Part shown: piece after piece, positions 57,834-64,000 of the stretch | How positions within the stretch are numbered: the first letter of the stretch is position 1 | How the letters are laid out: each line of letters opens with the position of its first letter | NCBI GenBank assembly: GCA_050305405.1 | Contig: JBNLFG010000015.1 | Coordinates: 68,971 to 132,970 of the forward strand | Reading direction: 5' to 3' | Source of the DNA: Anaerolineales bacterium | Lineage (GTDB): Bacteria; Chloroflexota; Anaerolineae; Anaerolineales; Villigracilaceae | DNA: 64,000 nt | Made by a program: the position numbers and the translations under genes | The notes under the pieces: generated by a model | Told to the model about the DNA's origin: nothing | Databases searched by the model: none | Seen by the model: only the letters and a program-made list of their open reading frames with translations

Positions 57834-59021
57834 ATGCTCATGCCAACTGATTTCGATACAGTGATCGACCGCCGTTCCAGCAACTCCGTCAAGTGGAACG
57901 CTTTTGCTGAAGATATACTCCCCATGTGGGTCGCCGATATGGACTTCGCCGCCCCGCCCGCCATTCTCGGTGCGCTGCACGGCGCTATTGGACATGGCGT
58001 TTTGGGCTATGAATTTGCCACCGAAAAACTACGCGCCAGCGTCGCCGCACGCATGCAGCGTCTCTACAATTGGGATCTGACCGCCGATGACGTCGTCCCT
58101 GTACCCGGCTTGGTGACCGGCTTCAATCTAGCCGCGCGCATCACTTGTCAGCCCGGTGAGGGCATTCTCATCCAACCGCCAGTCTACTTCCCCTTTATGA
58201 AGGTGCAGAAGAACACCGGCACTGTCATGCAAGTTGCCGAACTCAAAAAAGTCACGCACGGCCACACTTTGCACCACGAAATTGACTGGGATATTTTTGA
58301 AAACGCCATCCACTCGGAAGATGCGAAAACCAGCATGTTCCTGCTCTGCAACCCGCATAACCCGACCGGCACAATTTACACAAAAGAAGAGCTCGGCCGC
58401 ATGGTTGAAATCTGTGAGAAGGAAGATATTCTGATCTGCTCGGACGAAATTCACAGCGAATTACTTCTCGGTGGCACCAAACATCTTCCCATCGCAACGC
58501 TCTCCCCCGAAGCTGCTCAGCGGACGATAACATTGGTCGCGGCGAGTAAAACCTTCAATGTCGCGGGGCTATTCGTCGGCTTTGCGATCATCCAAAACAA
58601 GGAAATCCGCGAGAAATTCAAAGCCGAAGCCGAAAAACTGACCCTGCACACCAACGCTCTTGGGCATATCGCATCCGAGGTCGCTTTTGCGGGCGAATGC
58701 GATGAATGGCTCGACGAGCTACTCGTCTACCTGACCGACAACCGCGATTTCGTCGTCAATTATGTCGAGAAGAACCTGCCCGGGGTACGCGTCTCGAAAC
58801 CGGATGCGACCTTCCTATCTTGGCTGGATTTCAGCGAATTGGTAGCGCAGGGCAAGGTCAGCGAACCTTTGCAGGATTTCTTCATCGAGAAAGGCAAAGT
58901 CGCCTTCAACGAGGGCGCCAGCTTTGGCCCCGGCGGCGAGGGCTTTATCCGCCTGAATTTCGGTTGTCCGCGTAAGACATTAGTCGATGGATTGGAGCGA
59001 ATCAAAAAGGCCTTGGGATAG
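57834..59021 (+). CDS. PLP-dependent aminotransferase class I/II, MalY/PatB-like C-S lyase
   Basis: SKTFNVAG PLP-lysine motif. Confidence 0.8.
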   Translation: MLMPTDFDTVIDRRSSNSVKWNAFAEDILPMWVADMDFAAPPAILGALHGAIGHGVLGYEFATEKLRASVAARMQRLYNWDLTADDVVPVPGLVTGFNLAARITCQPGEGILIQPPVYFPFMKVQKNTGTVMQVAELKKVTHGHTLHHEIDWDIFENAIHSEDAKTSMFLLCNPHNPTGTIYTKEELGRMVEICEKEDILICSDEIHSELLLGGTKHLPIATLSPEAAQRTITLVAASKTFNVAGLFVGFAIIQNKEIREKFKAEAEKLTLHTNALGHIASEVAFAGECDEWLDELLVYLTDNRDFVVNYVEKNLPGVRVSKPDATFLSWLDFSELVAQGKVSEPLQDFFIEKGKVAFNEGASFGPGGEGFIRLNFGCPRKTLVDGLERIKKALG

Positions 59022-59238
59022 AGATAAATCCCAGACTACGATTAAACGGATATCCGCCCATCTTCGGGCGGATATTTCTTTTAACGGTAGCCAACAAAAA
59101 CCACGAGCGAGGCGAATATATATATTTCTTATAAATCCGCATCCAGAATCCTGTAAAATTGTTTCGTTGTGCAGGGGGGAAAATCCCGCCCCCGCCAATC
59201 TGTTTTCTACGGGATTTAGATCCAAGAGAGGGATCATC

Positions 59239-61425
59239 ATGGCAGAGCAAAATCTACCCAATAATCAGCAACCACAGCGATCAAAGGTCGCAAAAGCTGA
59301 AAGCGCATTAAGTGAATTTAATGCCAGTGCAGCGTCTTTGCGGACCGAAGCTGACCGCGCCAAAGGCATGTTTGGCGTCGGTCGCAGGATTTTGGTGCCG
59401 CCGGATGAAATTCATGTAATCGTTGGTGATGGTCGGCATACCTGGCTGATCTCGAATGCGCGCAAGGTTTTCGGGCAGAGTGCCGACCGCCCGTCGCGCT
59501 ACTGGCTGAACAAGCTGACACAGGTCATCAAACTCAAGACAATCAGCTTCACCGTGCCGATTCGCGGACATAATGATGAAGGCGTTGAAGCGCTGGATAA
59601 TAGTAAAGTCAGTTTTCGCTTGTGGGCACATGCCGTTGCGAAACTAAACCCTGATAAAGCCGAGATTGCTGCCCAACGCGTTGGCGCTGACACAGCGGGT
59701 TTGATTAACACCATCATGGAGGTTGGTAAAGCAGAGTTGATTGCTGCCGCCGCGACGATGGAGTTGCAGGAAATCATTGCCAATCGTCAGAAGTTGGCAG
59801 AGATCGCCTTCCCGAAAGTAAACCAGATTCTTTCAGAATTAGGCTATGATCTTGCGCTTTTAACGATCACGAAGCTGGATGGCGTTGCTTATGGCAAACT
59901 CGTTGAGCAGGCAGAATCGCGCGTCTCGAAAGAGACCAGCATTGCGACCAACCTTGAGCAGGTCGCAGAATTGAAAGACGACCAAGCACGCGAACGCACC
60001 GAAGCCGAGATCCAAGCCACGACTGAGAAGAAGCTCGCTTTTGAACGTTTGGAAGCCAAGCGCGAAGTGGAAACCACGACCCTAAATCAGGAAGAAACCT
60101 TGGCGGTTCGCAGGCACGAGGTCAACATCCTGCAAACGGAACGTGAAAAATCTGCAGCTGAGATCGCCCATGAGCGCGACCTGACCAAAGTGCAGCTTGA
60201 CCAAAAACTTGGCGAAGGTGAAGCCGAAAAAGATGCACGCATTGCACGCATTACGGCAGAACGGGCGGCAGAGCTACGTTCTATTGAGCAGAAGCGCAAT
60301 GCCGAAATCAAATTTGCGGAATCAGAAGCCGAAGCAAAACGCCTTGCGATTGTGCAGGCACGCGATATTGAGCGCAAAGCGGAACTGACTCAAGCTGAAG
60401 TTAAACGCTTGAAAGAAGAAGAACTAGCAGCTGCCCTACGCGCCAAGGAAATTGCACTGACCGAAGCCAGCCAAGTCGGTGAATCGTTGAAAGTGGAAGC
60501 ACAGGCTGAAGCACAGGCTTTACAAACAAAAGTGGGTGCTGAGACCAAAGCCGAATTAATGCGCGCAGATGCCGAAGCGAACGCGTCGGAGAAGCGCGCA
60601 GAAGCGGCAAAGATCCGCGCTGAGGCGACCCGTGCCGAAACGGCAGCTCCCGGCTTGGCAGAAGCCGAAGTTGAAGCCGCACGCGTCGAGGTTGCTGAGA
60701 AACAGGTTGCGGTGAATCGTGCAGATGGTCTTGCGCAGGCTGAAGTGGCGCAGGCACAAGCCGAAGCTGAGGCCGAACGCCGACGCCGCTTGAAAGAAGT
60801 CGACATCAATGCGCAACAGCAACTGGTCGCTCTCTATGACCAGGCACCCATCCTTGTGGAACTGGAAAAGCTGCGGATGCAGTACGAACACGACGAGAAG
60901 ATCACCACACTACAGATGGAAGCCTATCTCGAAGCCTTCAAAGCAATCGCTCCCGGTGTGCGCGTCAACATCTTTGGCAGCGGCGACCAAACCAGCAATA
61001 TCTTTAATAATCTAATGTCTTTCTCGCATGGTCTAAACACCGCGAGTGATGACATCCCCCTGTTGCGGCAATTGATGAAAAACGGCAAAGACAGTGACAG
61101 TTTGGCAATACTCAAGAAGTTTCAGCCCTTTATGCCCTACCTGCAGCAGGTATTTGCTGATATGAAACCAAGAGTATTCTCCAGCCTGAAGATCGCGGAC
61201 CTAGCAGAACGCCTTGAGCCGGTTGTTGCGGGACGCGAAGACCTCTCTACCGCGCTCTCAAGTATTAAGGAAGATGCTAACTTCCGCGTGGTAGGCGACT
61301 TGCCAGTCAAACCGCTTTTGAGCTTGCTCGGTATCAAGTTTGATGAGAAGGCACAAGAAGAAAGCATCATTGATGCCTCGGTGGAAGAAGAAGCCGAGAA
61401 AGCTGCCGAAAGTACAGCAAGTTAG
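59239..61425 (+). CDS. Flotillin-like SPFH/band-7 protein with a very long Ala/Glu/Lys-rich coiled coil
   Basis: SPFH core (residues around IRGHNDEGVEALDNSKVSFRLWAH...). Start refined to the internal ATG MAEQNLP. Confidence 0.7.
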   Translation: MAEQNLPNNQQPQRSKVAKAESALSEFNASAASLRTEADRAKGMFGVGRRILVPPDEIHVIVGDGRHTWLISNARKVFGQSADRPSRYWLNKLTQVIKLKTISFTVPIRGHNDEGVEALDNSKVSFRLWAHAVAKLNPDKAEIAAQRVGADTAGLINTIMEVGKAELIAAAATMELQEIIANRQKLAEIAFPKVNQILSELGYDLALLTITKLDGVAYGKLVEQAESRVSKETSIATNLEQVAELKDDQARERTEAEIQATTEKKLAFERLEAKREVETTTLNQEETLAVRRHEVNILQTEREKSAAEIAHERDLTKVQLDQKLGEGEAEKDARIARITAERAAELRSIEQKRNAEIKFAESEAEAKRLAIVQARDIERKAELTQAEVKRLKEEELAAALRAKEIALTEASQVGESLKVEAQAEAQALQTKVGAETKAELMRADAEANASEKRAEAAKIRAEATRAETAAPGLAEAEVEAARVEVAEKQVAVNRADGLAQAEVAQAQAEAEAERRRRLKEVDINAQQQLVALYDQAPILVELEKLRMQYEHDEKITTLQMEAYLEAFKAIAPGVRVNIFGSGDQTSNIFNNLMSFSHGLNTASDDIPLLRQLMKNGKDSDSLAILKKFQPFMPYLQQVFADMKPRVFSSLKIADLAERLEPVVAGREDLSTALSSIKEDANFRVVGDLPVKPLLSLLGIKFDEKAQEESIIDASVEEEAEKAAESTAS

Positions 61426-61448
61426 CCTTACTCAAGGTAAAAATAAAA

Positions 61449-61480
61449 ATCCCCGTTCACGCTGAACGGGGATTTTTTAT
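61449..61480. terminator. Bidirectional intrinsic terminator
   Basis: ATCCCCGTTCA-cgc-TGAACGGGGAT flanked by A- and T-runs. Confidence 0.75.
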
Positions 61481-61492
61481 CTTATGGCCCTG

Positions 61493-62932
61493 TCAATCGA
61501 GCTTATCGAGGACAGTGGAACTGCGTTTACGGCGGGCAATACGCCAGGAAAGCAGGCTATCTTCGTAGGTGGCGCGAATGCGGGAGGCGATGTAAATCGC
61601 GCCGCAGGCTGCCAGTAGCGCAGCAAGCAAGTCTAATGTATGGGCGTTTGCGAGATCCACATCCAAAAGGACGAGCAGTAGCCGCGTCCCGCCAATGAAG
61701 AGGGCCGCGAAAAGCGATCCCACAATATAGGAATAGCTGCCGAGCAAGCCGCGTATGCGTCCACGATTGGCTTGGGGGACGAGCGCATAGAGCGATTGGT
61801 AGAGGGGCATATACCAGCCACGATAGACAATGATGGAAATGAAAAGCGCGCTGACACCTCCCCATAATCCAGGCACAAAGAACGCCAACCCAACACCGAT
61901 CAGGATGGTGACAGGCAAAAAGAAATAACCGTTCTTTGGCGAGACACGCTCAAGAAGCTCATCGCCGATTGTCCACTGGAAAAGTAGCGGAAGGAGTAGA
62001 ACAGAAATATTGTAAATACTGTAGACGGTCTGGAATTGCAAGCCTTGGGCAGAGGCAGCATCAAGGCTGGCATAAAAGTTATAAAGCAACAAGGTTAGTG
62101 CAATCCAGGTTACAGAGACAAGTGCCGCGACATACCGAAAGAAGGGCACTTCGTGGATAGTCTCGTAGCTGGTTTTGATATTCTCAAACCACGTGCTTTC
62201 TTCATATACAGGGAAGGAAGATTCATATTGCGGAAAACGCGTATAAAAGAAAATCCCGACTGCATAAAGAAAGGCGCTAAAAGCCATGAGCAAAGAGGGA
62301 TTGTCTATCAAGCCTTTGCTCAAATCGACATAACCGAGCAAGCCCGTTAATGTAAAAAGGCTGTACCCTGCCAGACGACCAAGTAGATCACCCGAGGAAA
62401 GGACAGGGAAGAATTTCTTCGCTTCGGAGGGCGTGTAGACCTGATTCGCCAAATTCCAGAGCGCCATAGGGAAAAGAATCCCCTGCTGGGCATAGATCAG
62501 GTACATAATCGGGTACAGGATCGCTGTTGAAACGTTGAAATAAAAGAGTATTGCGAGAGAAAGATAGGTTATGAAAAGGGTCAGGATAAGCACACGCAGC
62601 ATCTTAACCCGCGAGAGCTTATCGATCAGTTGAATGATTGTCCCTGAGATGACCAGATTCAAGATCAATTCAGCCGCCCATAGCCAAGGCAGTTTTTCGA
62701 TGCCAGTCTCGCCAATAAAACCGGAGATCGCAACCACATCCACAACGCCCAAGACAAAGGTGTTCACCAGGGCTGCACCGATCAAAGTCAACAAAACCCA
62801 CGTCTTCTCTTTTAAGATAGGCTGGGTAAACCTTTGCTCCTTCTCAAGCGTTTCTGCTGCCAAGCGGTCTGCGAGGGCTTTTTCAATATCCTTACGGCGA
62901 AAAAGCCCGGATTCGAGGGTATCGTTGTGCAT
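61493..62932 (-). CDS. TLC/AAA-family (ATP:ADP antiporter-like) nucleotide transporter (tentative)
   Basis: 12-TM, 479 aa. LWNLANQVYTPSEAKKFFPV resembles the TLC FANEIT...EAKRFY signature. Confidence 0.45.
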   Translation of the reverse strand: MHNDTLESGLFRRKDIEKALADRLAAETLEKEQRFTQPILKEKTWVLLTLIGAALVNTFVLGVVDVVAISGFIGETGIEKLPWLWAAELILNLVISGTIIQLIDKLSRVKMLRVLILTLFITYLSLAILFYFNVSTAILYPIMYLIYAQQGILFPMALWNLANQVYTPSEAKKFFPVLSSGDLLGRLAGYSLFTLTGLLGYVDLSKGLIDNPSLLMAFSAFLYAVGIFFYTRFPQYESSFPVYEESTWFENIKTSYETIHEVPFFRYVAALVSVTWIALTLLLYNFYASLDAASAQGLQFQTVYSIYNISVLLLPLLFQWTIGDELLERVSPKNGYFFLPVTILIGVGLAFFVPGLWGGVSALFISIIVYRGWYMPLYQSLYALVPQANRGRIRGLLGSYSYIVGSLFAALFIGGTRLLLVLLDVDLANAHTLDLLAALLAACGAIYIASRIRATYEDSLLSWRIARRKRSSTVLDKLD

Positions 62933-63108
62933 CTTCCAATCCTTGGATCATTACAAATGAAGCGTTCAGTTTATATGATTTCAAAAAACAAGTCAATTAT
63001 AATTAGCAAAAGCAACATATTGTCTGACATTTCTCTCCCGCTCAGAGAACATTCTCGGTTACAATTACCAAACCCTATTTCATTAATTTAATATATAGAA
63101 AGAAAGCA

Positions 63109-64000
63109 ATGCGTGCCTTAGACATCATCATCAAAAAACGTGAAAACGAAGAGCTCAGCAAAGAGGAAATCGACTTTTTTATAGAGGGCTTTACAAAAGG
63201 CGATATTCCAGATTATCAGGCATCCGCCTGGGCAATGGCCGTTTTACTCAACGGCATGAATCCGCGCGAAACCACCGATCTGACGTTGGCAATTGCCGCA
63301 TCAGGCGACACGCTCGATCTTTCGGATGTGGTCGATATTGCCATCGACAAGCATTCATCGGGGGGCGTGGGTGATAAGACCTCACTGGTCGTGCTGCCCG
63401 TTGTCGCAGCATGTGGATTGCCCGTCGGCAAAATGTCGGGGCGTGGATTAGGCTTCAGCGGCGGAACGCTCGATAAATTGGAATCGATCCCGGGCTTCAG
63501 ATCTGATTTGACCACCGATGAATTTAAGCGTCAACTCCATGACGTGGGCATGGTTCTCTCTGGACAAAGTGCCGATCTCGCCCCGGCAGATGGCAAGCTC
63601 TATGCCCTGCGCGATGTGACAGGCACTGTTCCCTCGATGCCCTTGATCGCCTCGTCGATTATGAGCAAGAAGATTGCAGCGGGTGCACAAGCCATCGTTT
63701 TAGATGTAAAACTTGGGCTGGGCGCATTTATGCAATCGCTGCCGGAAGCGCGTGAACTCGCTCATCGGATGGTTGCTATTGGTGAGTTGGCGGGACGTAA
63801 AACTGTCGCGCTGCTTTCGGATATGAACCAGCCGCTTGGTCACGCAGTTGGGAATGCGCTTGAAGTACGTGAAGCGCTCGACGCCCTGCACGGCGGCGGC
63901 CCCGACGATTTTTTCCATGATGACCGTCGTACCCACACCGCGCCGACCCGCTGTATACAGGCTGTCTTTCACAGCAACATCGTCATCAATCAGAATGCTC
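63109..64000 (+). CDS. pdp: Pyrimidine-nucleoside (thymidine) phosphorylase. The 3' end runs past the window edge.
   Basis: [12 protein letters not shown] phosphate-binding motif. Confidence 0.8.
   Translation, partial: MRALDIIIKKRENEELSKEEIDFFIEGFTKGDIPDYQASAWAMAVLLNGMNPRETTDLTLAIAASGDTLDLSDVVDIAIDKHSSGGVGDKTSLVVLPVVAACGLPVGKMSGRGLGFSGGTLDKLESIPGFRSDLTTDEFKRQLHDVGMVLSGQSADLAPADGKLYALRDVTGTVPSMPLIASSIMSKKIAAGAQAIVLDVKLGLGAFMQSLPEARELAHRMVAIGELAGRKTVALLSDMNQPLGHAVGNALEVREALDALHGGGPDDFFHDDRRTHTAPTRCIQAVFHSNIVINQNA

Noticed and set aside
58987-59238. A long N-terminal extension of the flotillin ORF that overlaps the aminotransferase gene.
   Set aside because: The extension is low-complexity and overlaps a confident gene. 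The internal ATG at 59239 begins the recognisable protein.
59900-61000. Repetitive GCAGAAGC / GAAGCCGAA runs in the flotillin gene, considered as tandem-repeat or CRISPR-like.
   Set aside because: These are in-frame codon repeats encoding an Ala/Glu coiled coil. There are no spacer-repeat periodicities.
63880-64000. The C-terminal pdp sequence ([22 protein letters not shown]...) does not resemble the usual PYNP continuation, which hinted at a frameshift.
   Set aside because: The window ends here. No alternative frame gives a better continuation, so a judgement is not possible.
1-64000. A search for rRNA, tRNA, CRISPR arrays, transposases or integrases, and restriction-modification or other canonical defence cassettes.
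   Set aside because: None were found. No T-loop or CCA-like candidates appear in the intergenic regions. No repeat-spacer arrays are present. No DDE or tyrosine recombinase signatures are present.

Overview
This 64-kb window reads as a chromosomal segment from a Chloroflexota-like bacterium, gene-dense with mid-range GC. That taxonomic guess is tentative. It rests on Ala/Glu/Pro-rich tethers on lipoprotein solute-binding proteins and on the overall gene content. I see no rRNA, tRNA, CRISPR array, transposase or integrase.

Core content:
- Two paralogous BMP-family nucleoside ABC uptake operons.
- Threonine synthase plus an AI-2E transporter.
- A PadR-SDR pair.
- A MOP-type molybdo-aldehyde oxidoreductase divergent from a GntR/HutC regulator.
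- A GT2 glycosyltransferase.
- A DUF3048 / zinc-ribbon / dipeptide-epimerase / CapA / Gfo operon.
- Three divergent complex-I antiporter-like membrane subunits.
- A coiled-coil protein / selB / SRAP operon.
- An OatA-like acyltransferase, a LysM-M23 peptidase and a MATE efflux pump.
- A MacB / HlyD efflux operon with ribA.
- SixA, a C-S lyase aminotransferase, a long flotillin, a TLC-type nucleotide transporter and a partial pdp gene.

Main finding 1: a roughly 11.7-kb co-directional array of 16 minus-strand genes (41589..53256) looks like a light / photo-oxidative stress island.
- It is headed by a CarH/LitR-like MerR-B12 photoreceptor gene carrying a Wx9EH motif.
- That gene sits behind a perfect 18-7-18 palindrome which embeds the -35 boxes of two divergent sigma-70 promoters.
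- The array includes a pyrimidine-dimer DNA glycosylase (UV repair), a TIGR01777 epimerase and DegV.
- It has three SRPBCC proteins and a PPOX/F420-type protein.
- It carries a PAO-like Rieske oxygenase and a TspO-like protein.
- It also holds a DUF1295-like reductase, an SDR and a hydrolase.
- Its last gene is a peroxiredoxin-like selenoprotein.

Main finding 2: the selenoprotein itself.
- The peroxiredoxin-like gene at 41589..42053 has an in-frame TGA exactly at the peroxidatic Cys position, giving a U-P-Y-C motif.
- A SECIS-like hairpin lies 19 nt downstream of the TGA.
- SelB is encoded in the same window.
- The ORF track splits this gene into fragments.

Main finding 3: a shared structured leader motif.
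- It has the form GGUUGAGUAG, then a covarying GC hairpin, then GUAUCGAAACCAA.
- It occurs upstream of thrC and of the DUF1295 gene.
- A partial copy lies upstream of the PPOX gene.
- I cannot assign it to any known riboswitch class.

Other observations:
- A PadR operator-like motif is shared by two promoters.
- CACGAAG tandem direct repeats occur inside the island.
- A 33-bp perfect palindrome occurs inside the island.
- Intrinsic terminators lie inside both ABC operons.
- A possible 28-aa hydrophobic peptide ORF lies at 6832..6918.
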